Below are positions 39,494 through 51,840 of a DNA stretch of 64,000 bases, piece after piece (positions within the stretch are counted from its first letter, which is position 1; each line of letters begins with the position of its first letter). The translations under genes and the position numbers were made by a program. The DNA lies in the NCBI GenBank assembly GCA_965279375.1, contig OZ257156.1, forward strand, positions 4,960,001-5,024,000, written 5' to 3'. This stretch comes from Gemmatimonas sp. GTDB lineage: Bacteria > Gemmatimonadota > Gemmatimonadetes > Gemmatimonadales > Gemmatimonadaceae. Below the pieces are notes generated by a model that searched no databases, was not told the DNA's origin, and worked only from the letters and a program-made list of their open reading frames with translations.

Positions 39494-39588
39494 CGTCAGG
39501 TGGGCAATTGTTCGAAAAACCAACGGGACACCGAAATGTATCGAGCAATTCATCGACGTCGGCGATCCCGAGCGCGTTGGGTACGCAC

Positions 39589-41685
39589 CTACGCCGACGC
39601 CAGGACCGACGAGGCCGTCTCCAGTGCGCCGATCAGCTCGTCCCGCGTGAACGGCTTCGGCAAAAAGTGCGAGCGGAGCTGAAGCATCGACGCCTCGGTC
39701 ACGGTTTCGGACGCAAAGCCGGACACCAGCACCACCGGCAGTCGAGGCCATCGTGTGCGCAGTCGTGTCAGCAACTCCATGCCGGTAATCCCTGGCATCA
39801 GATAGTCGCTGACCACCGCACTGAGCGCGCCGTCGCACGCCACGACGTGCTGCATCGCCTCATCACCGGAGCTGGCCGTGAGCACATCGTAGCCCTCGCG
39901 TTCCAGCAGCCGGCGAATCACGCGACGCGGCCCCACATCGTCGTCGACGACGAGAATCGGCAAGCGCGATTCGCGGTGGACGATCGCCGACCCGAGGGCG
40001 GGTGTAATCTGCAGCGATGCCCCTGAAGCCAGCGCTTCCGGCAGGAGCAGCATCACCGTGTGTCCGCCATCGTCGTTCGTATGGCGCCGAACGCGCCCGC
40101 CAAACGGCGCCAGCAGCGCCGCTGTCGTCGCAATGGCGTCCTCGTCGCGCCTGTCGGACAGATCAGCCGCGTCGCCCACTCCATCGCTCGGCGGATTCGT
40201 CAGCGCGGGAAAGTCCAGGCGTATCGCAACCGCAGGAGTTCCCGCCAGCGTCTCGCTCTCCACGGATCGAGCATCACCAACGTTCAGAGTTGGCTCGCCT
40301 CGCGCGCTGCGCAGCACCAGCGGTCGCGGCAAACGCGAACTCCGGCCGCTCTCTCCTGTCGACACATCCACCACGCGGTCGACTTGGGACGTCGCCGTCC
40401 CCGACGCGAATTCACTTGCGAGAGCTGTGGAGGCCGTCGCCACGAGGCTCAACAGCGCGAGCGAGAGCTGCCGTTCGTCGATCACCACCTTCGCACCCGC
40501 AGCATCCAGCGCAAGCTCCAACGCGCAGCGCTTGTCGACGAGTTCGTGCACGAGTGCCTGCAGCGGCGCGCGCAGCGCGCGCAATGCATCGTCGATGGGG
40601 ACTCTAGTCGGCAGCGACGGCTGTTGTCCCGCGAACGAAAGCAACTGCCCGACGAGCACTTGTCCGTGCTTCGCCGCCCGACGCACCACCGCCAACTCGG
40701 CTTCTCCCTCGCTCGCCGATCGCGCCTTTTGCATTAGCTCCGCACTGCCGCCGATGACGGTGAGGATGCTGCTGAAATCATGCGCGACACCGGCCGCCAG
40801 CGCGCGTACCGCCTCGAGCTGCTGCCCAGTCACTTCCCGTTCGCGCGCGTCGTGCTTGGCCAGCTCTCGTCGCGTTGCGCGCTCCACTGTCACGTCTTCG
40901 ATGGTCCACAAACGACCGTCGCTCGGCGTCTCGCTCACCGGCACTGTCGAGACGCGCCACACCTCTTGGGCCGCACCGGAAAACTCCCAGTCCCAATCCC
41001 GCAACTCGGCCTGACGCTCTCTGACGAGTCGCGCGTATTCCGTCTCGATGCGATGCCGGTGTTCCAGCCGCTCGTGCACACACTGCATCGCGCCGGCCAG
41101 CTGCACCGCCGACACAGTACCCTCAGGAATTGAAAGCAGGCGCGCCGCTTCCCGGTTGACGAACGCCGCCGCGCCGTGCGCAGACACAAAGACGATGCCG
41201 TGCGGCGCAGATCGCATGATCGCCGCGAGTCGTTCCGCGGCGCGCTCGCAACTGCGTCGTGCGACGTCCGGCGCGAGTATCAGCGACGCGAGTGCACGGA
41301 GCGCCGGCAGTTGCGTTCCCGCAGTTGCGGCGAACGTGGTATGGTTGCCATCGCACCAGACGAGCAACAACGCGGAAACTACGCCATCCGGCGACGCGTC
41401 CACCGGGGAAACCGAGGCGGAGTCTGCTCGCTCGAAAACAAGTGCGCTGTCCGTCACACGCAGGGGCAACCAGTTCGTATAGGCGCTGGAGAGGAGTCGC
41501 GCAGGCAAGGCATCGGTGAGCACCAGGCCACTGCCGTTGCGCAACAGCTCATACGGGATGCGAAGTGTCCCGGCGATCATGGCTGGCGGCGACGAGTCGA
41601 CAACCACCGCGACGTCGTCATGGTGACAAGACAACAACAGTGCCCCATCAGCGCCCGTCAGCGCGCGAATCGACTCGAGCATCAT
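39589..41685 (-). CDS. Cytoplasmic PAS hybrid histidine kinase/receiver with degenerate ATPase domain
   Basis: ATGA overlap with the upstream hydrolase; PAS; GVAHDFSSIL; receiver VVDDD, SDYLMPG, LPKPF; no N or G boxes. Confidence 0.75.
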   Translation of the reverse strand: MMLESIRALTGADGALLLSCHHDDVAVVVDSSPPAMIAGTLRIPYELLRNGSGLVLTDALPARLLSSAYTNWLPLRVTDSALVFERADSASVSPVDASPDGVVSALLLVWCDGNHTTFAATAGTQLPALRALASLILAPDVARRSCERAAERLAAIMRSAPHGIVFVSAHGAAAFVNREAARLLSIPEGTVSAVQLAGAMQCVHERLEHRHRIETEYARLVRERQAELRDWDWEFSGAAQEVWRVSTVPVSETPSDGRLWTIEDVTVERATRRELAKHDAREREVTGQQLEAVRALAAGVAHDFSSILTVIGGSAELMQKARSASEGEAELAVVRRAAKHGQVLVGQLLSFAGQQPSLPTRVPIDDALRALRAPLQALVHELVDKRCALELALDAAGAKVVIDERQLSLALLSLVATASTALASEFASGTATSQVDRVVDVSTGESGRSSRLPRPLVLRSARGEPTLNVGDARSVESETLAGTPAVAIRLDFPALTNPPSDGVGDAADLSDRRDEDAIATTAALLAPFGGRVRRHTNDDGGHTVMLLLPEALASGASLQITPALGSAIVHRESRLPILVVDDDVGPRRVIRRLLEREGYDVLTASSGDEAMQHVVACDGALSAVVSDYLMPGITGMELLTRLRTRWPRLPVVLVSGFASETVTEASMLQLRSHFLPKPFTRDELIGALETASSVLASA

Positions 41686-42497
41686 TGCTCCAACCACTCG
41701 TCGAGGATTCCGCGCAGCGCCAGTCGAACCTCGGCTGGAGCCGTGAGTTGCGGAACGTGTCCGCGCGCCGCCAGCAGCATCAGCGATGCATGCGGCAACT
41801 GCTGATGCAGATACAGACTCACCGCCATCGGAACCGCGACATCGTCCTGCAGTTGCAAAAGGGTCACCGGCTGATGGACTCGTCGCGGCACGTCGCGGTA
41901 GTCGCCAAAGAAAATCGTGCGCAGCGACTGCAGGGCGACATCCGCCCGGAGCTGCAGCAGGCCGTTTGTGAATTCGTGGATCGCATCCGGTCTCGCGTCC
42001 GCTCCCAGCGCCAGCGGAGCAAACCCGGCCGCCCACCCCTGATAGTCAGCAGCCGCGCTCTCGATCATCTGCTGCACCGCCTTCGCGGTGAAGCCGCCGT
42101 GGTATCCAACATCATCCAGGTATCGTGGCGACGCTGCGATCAGCGCCAGACGTGCAATGCGCTCCGGCATTGACGTTGCGGCGATGAGCCCGATCATGCC
42201 ACTGACGGAGTGGCCGACAAACAGCGCGTCCCTTACGTCGAGTTCGTCGAGCAGCGACATAACGTCGTCCGCATATCCGTACAGCGTATCGTACGGCTCG
42301 GCCGTGTAGCCTGCCGGCGGCGCATGCGGCATGCCGATGTAGTCGAAACGCACGACCCGCACCCGTGGCGTCAGTGCCTCCAGCACTCCGCGCCAGCTCT
42401 CCTGCGTTGTGCCGAGCCCGTTGGCCAGCACGACCACCCGATCGCCGCGACCCGATACGGTCGCGTTCATGCGCTCACGAGCTGCACCTTGCTGCAT
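41682..42497 (-). CDS. rsbQ: RsbQ/KAI2/D14-family alpha/beta hydrolase
   Basis: Y.TL.GYADD, GHSVSGMIG, ASPRYLDD..YHGGF, W..GFAPL, DVAVP, GHVPQL. Start 42497 or 42470. Confidence 0.88.
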   Translation of the reverse strand: MQQGAARERMNATVSGRGDRVVVLANGLGTTQESWRGVLEALTPRVRVVRFDYIGMPHAPPAGYTAEPYDTLYGYADDVMSLLDELDVRDALFVGHSVSGMIGLIAATSMPERIARLALIAASPRYLDDVGYHGGFTAKAVQQMIESAAADYQGWAAGFAPLALGADARPDAIHEFTNGLLQLRADVALQSLRTIFFGDYRDVPRRVHQPVTLLQLQDDVAVPMAVSLYLHQQLPHASLMLLAARGHVPQLTAPAEVRLALRGILDEWLEQ

Positions 42498-42762
42498 TGT
42501 CGCTCCGGCGGCCCGTCGCGCCCTGCGTTTGTGAGCGCCCCATCATCGAAGCCCTCAACTGCCGCGCGGCGGTGAGCCCAATGCTGCGCTCAGTCCGCCA
42601 GCACGCAAGAGGCAAAAGTCCGACACGCCTCTGTTCTGTAACGAGGCGGGCCCGCTGAGCTCGCCGTCCTCAAGACGGTCGGCGCCATCGCGTCCGAGTC
42701 GCGCGCCACTTGCCACCCGTCTCCGCGGCTTGTCAGTTGGGCGTGACCTCAGCCCATTCCGC

Positions 42763-44091
42763 ATGACCTTTCCTCACTCGCGCTTCGCTCACGGCGTTCC
42801 TGCCGCCTTGGCGGCCGCTGCGCTGTTCACCGCTCCGCACACTGCACGCGCGCAGCATCCGAGCGCCGCTCCCACTGCTCCTCGCATCATTCGCGCGGGC
42901 ACGGTACTCGATGGGACGGGTCGCGTCCTTCGCAATATCGACCTGCTGATCACGAACGGACGCATCGCGCAACTCCGCCCATCCACTGGGCCGCTGCCTG
43001 CTGGCGCTCTCGATCTGCGTGGACAGACCTTGCTCCCCGGCCTCATCGACACGCACGTCCACCTCGGCTGGTACATCAACGACAAGAATCGCTTGCACGA
43101 CGATCGTGACGGCGACTCGCCGACCGTGAGCGCGCTCAATCAGGCCGGAAACGCGTGGGAGACGCTGCGCGCCGGCTTCACCACCGTGCAGAGCATCGGC
43201 GAATCGGAGAACGGCCCGCTCCGCGATGCCATCAATCGCGGGGTGCTCCCCGGGCCTCGCGTACTCACCTCCCTCGGCTCGCTCAGTGAGCGTACAGCGG
43301 GCGGCACGCCGGACTCGCTGCGCGCCGCCGTGCGTCGTTTCAAGGCGCGGGGCGCCGATGTGATCAAGATCTTCGCGTCCAAGTCGATTCGCGACGGCGG
43401 TGAAGCCACGATGACGGATGAGCAGCTCACCGCCGCGTGCGGCGAATCACGCTCGCTCGGTCTGCGATCGGTCGTCCATGCGCACTCCGCCGAAGCGGTG
43501 CAGCGCGCGGCTCGGGCCGGATGCACGCAAGTGGAACACGGCGTCTTTGCCGACGACGCCACGCGCGCGATGCTGGTGGAACGCGGCACGTTCTTCGATC
43601 CGCAGTGTGGACTCGTCTTTCACAACTACCTCGACAACAAGCCGTGGTTCGACGGTATCGGCAACTACAACGCCGTCGGGTTCGCATCGATGGAGAAGGC
43701 GCTGCCGCTGGCCGAAGCGGGGATCGGATTGGCCAGCAAAACACCCAAGCTCAAACTCGTGTTCGGAACGGATGCAGTCGCCGGAGCGCATGGTCGCAAC
43801 GCCGAGGAACTCGTCTGTCGCGTACGCAAAGGCGGACAGGGCGCGATGGACGCGATCATCAGCGCCACGTCGCGCGCCGCGGAATCGCTGGGCCTCGAGA
43901 AAGACATCGGGCGCATCGCCGAGGGCTTCAGCGCCGATCTCATCGCCACCGACGGCGATCCGTCGCAGGAGATCGAAGCGTCACAGCGCGTGAGCTTTGT
44001 GATGCGCGCCGGCCGCGTCTATCGCAACGATGCCACCACGAACGTGGCGGCGAATGCCACCGCCCGCACCCGTCGCCCGGAGCAGAAGTGA
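42763..44091 (+). CDS. Exported metal-dependent amidohydrolase (Xaa-Pro dipeptidase-like)
   Basis: PGLIDTHVH, GFTTV, GADVIKI, HAH, EHG, FGTD, ADLIA..GDP; signal peptide from ATG 42763. Confidence 0.9.
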   Translation: MTFPHSRFAHGVPAALAAAALFTAPHTARAQHPSAAPTAPRIIRAGTVLDGTGRVLRNIDLLITNGRIAQLRPSTGPLPAGALDLRGQTLLPGLIDTHVHLGWYINDKNRLHDDRDGDSPTVSALNQAGNAWETLRAGFTTVQSIGESENGPLRDAINRGVLPGPRVLTSLGSLSERTAGGTPDSLRAAVRRFKARGADVIKIFASKSIRDGGEATMTDEQLTAACGESRSLGLRSVVHAHSAEAVQRAARAGCTQVEHGVFADDATRAMLVERGTFFDPQCGLVFHNYLDNKPWFDGIGNYNAVGFASMEKALPLAEAGIGLASKTPKLKLVFGTDAVAGAHGRNAEELVCRVRKGGQGAMDAIISATSRAAESLGLEKDIGRIAEGFSADLIATDGDPSQEIEASQRVSFVMRAGRVYRNDATTNVAANATARTRRPEQK

Positions 44092-44759
44092 GCGAACCGC
44101 ACGTGCCCAACGATAGCGCCACCTCGCGTCGCAACTTTCTTCGAACCGCCGGTACGCTGGCCGCAACGGCCGCCGCATCGGGAACACTCGGCGCTGCGGC
44201 ATGCGCGCCCATCGACAGAGCGCCCGGCAACCCCGCCAGCGCGGCGGGCGGCGCCGCGCGCGCTCACGGCTTCGACCGAACGCAGCTCAACGCGCTCGGC
44301 GAGGTGCTGCTCCCGGGTGCGCTTGGTGCGGACGGTCGTGCGGCGGCCATCGCCGCGTTCGTGGAATGGGTGGATGGCTACGAACCGGTTGCTGAAGAGA
44401 TGCACGGGTACGGCTACGCAGACGTTCGCTACCTGCCTGCCGACCCAGCGCCAGCGTGGCGCGCGCAGCTGACAGCGCTCGACCTGCTGGCGCAGCGCAC
44501 GCGCGGAAAGGAATTCGCTGCGCTCGACGTGCCGGCGCGCGAAGCCATCGTGACGATGGCTCTGCGTGATGTACGAGGGGATCGCTTGCCGCCACCACTC
44601 GAAGCATCGCACATCGCGCTGGCCTTGCTCGCTCATTGGGCCTCGTCACCCGATGCGTGGAACCGCGCGCTTGGAGTGGAGGTGTCGCCCGGCACTTGTC
44701 GGCCGCTCGCCGACGCAACGCGCGCGCCGCTCCCGATGGCAGCGGGGGCCAAGCCGTGA
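44088..44759 (+). CDS. Tat-exported gluconate-2-dehydrogenase subunit-3-like protein
   Basis: GTGA overlap; SRRNFL Tat motif; possible lipobox GAAAC; L.AL.E..LP and F..LD...R motifs; precedes the GMC gene. Confidence 0.75.
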   Translation: MSEPHVPNDSATSRRNFLRTAGTLAATAAASGTLGAAACAPIDRAPGNPASAAGGAARAHGFDRTQLNALGEVLLPGALGADGRAAAIAAFVEWVDGYEPVAEEMHGYGYADVRYLPADPAPAWRAQLTALDLLAQRTRGKEFAALDVPAREAIVTMALRDVRGDRLPPPLEASHIALALLAHWASSPDAWNRALGVEVSPGTCRPLADATRAPLPMAAGAKP

Positions 44760-46375
44760 AAACGCGCGCAAAGACAATCGAGACGGATATTCTGATCGTC
44801 GGCAGTGGCATCACTGCCGCACTGATGGCCGCGCACCTAGCCGAAAAGACCACGCGCGCGATCACCGTGGTGGAAGCCGGTAAGCCAACGACGCCGTTCT
44901 CCGAGCGCGGCACCGCACGTGCACGCTTCATGGCCTACGGCGAAAGTCCGTGGAAGCAGGACCATCTCGATGACCAGAACGCCTTCGGCACGACGTGGGG
45001 CTTCTCGCCGAGCATGAACGTGGGCGGCCTGGCCATGCACTGGGGCGGCGTCTCGCCACGCTACTCGCCGGAAGACTTTCGCCTGCAATCGATGTTCGGC
45101 GTGGGGCACGACTGGCCATACACCTACGACGACCTCGATCCGTTCTATCAGGAAGCCGAAGAGCGGATGGGGGTGTCTGGCGAGCAGGGCCCCGTGGCGC
45201 TCGATCCGCGCGGCAAGCCGTATCCACTGCCGCCGCTGCCGATCAACCACAATCTCAAGCAGCTGCAATCCTGGGCGAGCAAGGCGGGGATCGCCACTTG
45301 GAGCACGCCGTCCGCCAAGAATTCCATTGCACGCGATGGACGAGCGCAGTGTCAGCGATGCGACACCTGCTATCCGGTCTGCCCAACCGGCGCGAAGTAC
45401 TCGCCGGACTTCACATGGGACGCCCTCGTACGCGACAAGAAGATCACGCTGCTCACCGAATCGCTGGTGCGTCGTCTCGTCGCCGATCCCAAGACCGGGC
45501 GCATCGTGCGCGCCACCGGCAACCGCACCGATGCCGCCGCGGAAGAGTTCACGATCACCGCGAAGACGTTCGTGCTTGCCGCCGGATTCGTCTGGTCGCC
45601 GCACCTGCTGCTGTTGTCGCGTGATGACGCGCATCCCAACGGACTCGCCAATCGCAGCGGCCTCGTTGGCGGCTATCTCGCCGGCCATCGCAACGTGAAC
45701 TCGTATTTGCGACTACCCATGGAGCTCTTCCCGGGCATCAACGCGCAACACTCGCTCGTCTCCAAGCAGTTCATGCGCGTAGGCCGGAGTTCACGCTACT
45801 TCCGCCACGACCTGCGTATCTGGGAGTCGAGTGTCGGGCGCGAGCCGCGACTCAAAGGCGACGACGGCACGCCGCACTTCGGCGACAAGCTGCTCGCCGA
45901 CTGGCAGCAGCGGGCGAAGGGCGCAACGGCGCGCGTCCGTGGGTACTACGATGTCATTCCCGATCGCGACAGCAAGCTTGTGCTCGACAACGCGCACACA
46001 AATCGCTTCGGCGATCCGATGCCCAACGTCATGTTCAAGGACGCACCGGAGAGCGCAGCGCTTCGTGACTGGCAGGAAGAGCAGCTACGGGAACTCTTCC
46101 GCACCATGGCCAAGGCCGGCGGCGGCGAGATTCTGCGCATGGAGAACAGCAACAACGACCTCGGCCAGGAGCATCCCACTGGCGGCTGCCGGATGGGAGA
46201 TGATCCCACCGCCAGCGTGGTGGACGGCTGGGGACGAGCGCACGACCATGAGAACCTGTGGGTGGCCGGCGCACCAACCCAGCCGAGTGCGTCGTGCTGC
46301 AACGGTACGCTGACGTTCGTCGCTGTCGGACTGCGCACAGCGTCGGCGATCGCGAACGAAAAGGCGACATCGTGA
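44756..46375 (+). CDS. GMC-family FAD oxidoreductase with Fe-S Cys cluster
   Basis: DILIVGSG, VGG..MHWGG, WPYTYDDL.PFY, CQRCDTCYPVCP, LANRSGLVG, H..GGCRMG..SVVD, NGTLT. Confidence 0.92.
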   Translation: MKTRAKTIETDILIVGSGITAALMAAHLAEKTTRAITVVEAGKPTTPFSERGTARARFMAYGESPWKQDHLDDQNAFGTTWGFSPSMNVGGLAMHWGGVSPRYSPEDFRLQSMFGVGHDWPYTYDDLDPFYQEAEERMGVSGEQGPVALDPRGKPYPLPPLPINHNLKQLQSWASKAGIATWSTPSAKNSIARDGRAQCQRCDTCYPVCPTGAKYSPDFTWDALVRDKKITLLTESLVRRLVADPKTGRIVRATGNRTDAAAEEFTITAKTFVLAAGFVWSPHLLLLSRDDAHPNGLANRSGLVGGYLAGHRNVNSYLRLPMELFPGINAQHSLVSKQFMRVGRSSRYFRHDLRIWESSVGREPRLKGDDGTPHFGDKLLADWQQRAKGATARVRGYYDVIPDRDSKLVLDNAHTNRFGDPMPNVMFKDAPESAALRDWQEEQLRELFRTMAKAGGGEILRMENSNNDLGQEHPTGGCRMGDDPTASVVDGWGRAHDHENLWVAGAPTQPSASCCNGTLTFVAVGLRTASAIANEKATS

Positions 46376-46493
46376 TGCGGCATCGACAAGTGTGTTGTCG
46401 CGCGTGAATCCTTTTCGTGAAGAACTGGCTCTAGAGGGCATGGGGATGGCGACCGTCGCCGCCCCATCGCCCACATTCATCCGGAGTCGCTCC

Positions 46494-46700
46494 ATGTCTG
46501 CCCTCCTTGCCAAGAACGTCGGCCCGATCGATCGCGCACTTCGCTTCGCACTCGGCGTCGGCCTGCTGTCCATCGCGTTCACCGGCCCGCAAACGGCGTG
46601 GGGCTACCTCGGCTTCATTCCGCTGATTACCGCCACACTCGGCAGCTGCCCGTTGTACTCGATCTTCGGCTGGAACACGTGCTCGGTACGTCGAGCGTGA
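46494..46700 (+). CDS. DUF2892 (YgaP-like) small membrane protein
   Basis: KNVGPIDRALR..G.IPL.T...SCPLYSIFGWNTC; GGAG RBS before ATG 46494. Confidence 0.9.
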   Translation: MSALLAKNVGPIDRALRFALGVGLLSIAFTGPQTAWGYLGFIPLITATLGSCPLYSIFGWNTCSVRRA

Positions 46701-47293
46701 TGGACGATGCCGCGCTCTTGCGCGCGGCGTCCGCTGGCGATGCGCGTGCATTCGAGACGTTCATGCACGCGCATGAGGCAGCGGTGCAACGCTATCTCCG
46801 TAGCGCCTTCTCGGATATCGACGTGGATGACGCGCTGCAGGAGACCTTCATCGCCGCGTGGCGCGGCGCGGCCACATACACCGGGAGCGGTGCTGCACGC
46901 GGATGGCTGTACGCCATTGCGCGGAATGCCGTGCGACACCAGACGCGCCGCCACGTCGGGGAGCCCGCGCAGCTGGATTCGCTCGACACAGTGTCGTCAC
47001 TCGAGTCGCTCGCCGAGAAAGCGGGCTGGGGATGCGCACATGATGCCGGCGTGCTCTCCGATGCGGCGCTCGCGCGGGAGCAGTTGGGCGCGGCGATGGC
47101 ACAGTTGCCCACCGAAGAGCGAGAGGTGCTGACGCTGCGGGAGCTGGACGGATTCTCCGGAGAGGAGACAGCCGCATTGCTCCACTGCTCGCTCGCCGCC
47201 ACCAAGAGTCGCCTGCACCGTGCGCGCCTGCATTTCGCCGCCGTCCTGCGTCACCTTGATCCAACCCTTGAACAAGGGGCACCCCATGCATGA
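46697..47293 (+). CDS. ECF sigma-70 factor
   Basis: DDALQETFIAAW, GWLYAIARN, REVLTLRELDGFSGEETA..KSRLHRAR; overlaps the DUF2892 stop. Confidence 0.92.
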   Translation: MMDDAALLRAASAGDARAFETFMHAHEAAVQRYLRSAFSDIDVDDALQETFIAAWRGAATYTGSGAARGWLYAIARNAVRHQTRRHVGEPAQLDSLDTVSSLESLAEKAGWGCAHDAGVLSDAALAREQLGAAMAQLPTEEREVLTLRELDGFSGEETAALLHCSLAATKSRLHRARLHFAAVLRHLDPTLEQGAPHA

Positions 47294-47561
47294 CGACGGC
47301 CTGAACACATCGATCGCTGGCATTCGCTGCCGAGAGGTGCTCGCGGATCTGTCGGAGTTCGTGGACGGCGCGCTCTCGTCCACTCGCATCGTAGCCCTGC
47401 AGGCGCATCTCGCCGAGTGCGACCGTTGCACGCGTTTTGGCGGCGACGTCGTCCGCCTGCTCACGGCGTTGCGCGCAGGTCTCAGCGCGCCTCCGCTGCT
47501 GAGCCACGAGTCATCGCAGCGACTGCATGCGCGCCTCGCCGAAGTGATGCGCGAACGCTGA
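47286..47561 (+). CDS. Soluble zf-HC2 (ZAS) anti-sigma factor
   Basis: C.EV...LSEFVDG.L and HLAECDRC (HxxxCxxC); overlaps the sigma stop. Confidence 0.88.
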   Translation: MHDDGLNTSIAGIRCREVLADLSEFVDGALSSTRIVALQAHLAECDRCTRFGGDVVRLLTALRAGLSAPPLLSHESSQRLHARLAEVMRER

Positions 47562-47603
47562 GCGGGCGCGCGGTTGACGCTGGTGCATCGCGCCGAGTCG
47601 TTG

Positions 47604-47640
47604 TATCTTCAGATATACGTATTCATGAATCTCTGGAGAT
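47604..47640 (+). promoter_or_regulatory. AT-rich operator candidate upstream of arsR
   Basis: AGATATACGT (47611-47620) followed by the palindrome ATTCATGAAT (47621-47630) in a high-GC background. Confidence 0.45.
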
Positions 47641-47646
47641 CGGACC

Positions 47647-47979
47647 GTGGCAAACAAGCGCATGGGAGCGGAACTGCTGGACCTGGTCGCCGATCGCTTC
47701 AAGGCGCTCAGCGACCGAGCGCGACTGAGTCTGCTGCAGGAGCTGCGCAGCGGATCGCGCACGGTGAATGAGCTGGCATCTGTTACGGAGATGGCGCAGG
47801 CCAACGTATCGCGGCATCTGGCCGTGCTGCATGCCAACGGGCTCGTTTCCCGCGAGCGCGATGGCGTCTTCGTGCGCTACCAGCTCGCGGACAAGGATGT
47901 ACTCAAGCTGTGTGACCTCGTCTGTGGTCGACTCGAGTCAGAACTGACCGAACGTCGCAAGGTCATCAGCGGGCGCTGA
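47647..47979 (+). CDS. ArsR/SmtB-family repressor with C-terminal CxxxC
   Basis: FKALSD..RL.LL, QANVSRHL..L...GLV, LCDLVC. Confidence 0.92.
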   Translation: MANKRMGAELLDLVADRFKALSDRARLSLLQELRSGSRTVNELASVTEMAQANVSRHLAVLHANGLVSRERDGVFVRYQLADKDVLKLCDLVCGRLESELTERRKVISGR

Positions 47980-48415
47980 GTAGCTGCTCCAGCGCACCGA
48001 TGGGTACGGCGCCGACTTGCCGGGCGACTTCCTTGCCCTCGCGCAGCACCGCAATCGTGGGAATACTGCGGATCCCGAAGCGCGCTGCCACCGTTGGGCT
48101 CCGATCAGTGTCAACCTTGGCAACCAACGCCTGGCCGCGCTGCCGGCGCGCGAGATCGGCGAAGACCGGCGCCATCATCTTGCACGGTCCGCACCAGTCG
48201 GCGTAGAAGTCCACGATGATGGGCACGGCGCTTCCCTTGGCGACCGCGTCGAAGTTTGAATCCGTGAGGATCACCGGTACGTCGAGTGAAATAGGCGCAC
48301 GACAGACGCCACACGCAGGCTTGGCATCGGCCCGCGCGAGATCCACGCGATTGAGCTTCCCGCAGGCGGCACAGGGCACGACCGCCGTCCGCGTCTCTTC
48401 TTTGATACTGGACAT
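47966..48415 (-). CDS. trxC: Thioredoxin 2 (zinc finger plus WCGPC)
   Basis: CAAC..NRV..CGVC zinc motif; DFYADWCGPC; IRSIPT; ATG 48415. Confidence 0.92.
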   Translation of the reverse strand: MSSIKEETRTAVVPCAACGKLNRVDLARADAKPACGVCRAPISLDVPVILTDSNFDAVAKGSAVPIIVDFYADWCGPCKMMAPVFADLARRQRGQALVAKVDTDRSPTVAARFGIRSIPTIAVLREGKEVARQVGAVPIGALEQLLSAR

Positions 48416-48456
48416 CTGCCTTCCCACCTGTCTCGAATGGTTTAACGCGGCGTTGA

Positions 48457-48646
48457 CTAATGCGGCGTACACCCGAGGAGTCGTGTCGCACCGAGCATGC
48501 GCTCCAACGGGCAGAATCCGGTAATGCTGGACTGCAGCAGGTTGAATCCGACAAAGGCCGTAAACAGCAACCACATCGGACTCACCCAGTAGGCCAGCGC
48601 CGCCGAGAGGAGAATGAATACCCCGGCAAAGCGGCGAATGATCACG

Positions 48647-48657
<11 letters not shown>
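48457..48657 (-). CDS. DUF2892 (YgaP-like) small membrane protein
   Basis: IRRFAG.FIL, FVGFNLLQSSITGFCP; overlaps the RND stop. Confidence 0.88.
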
Positions 48658-51838
<3,181 letters not shown>

Positions 51839-51840
51839 GC

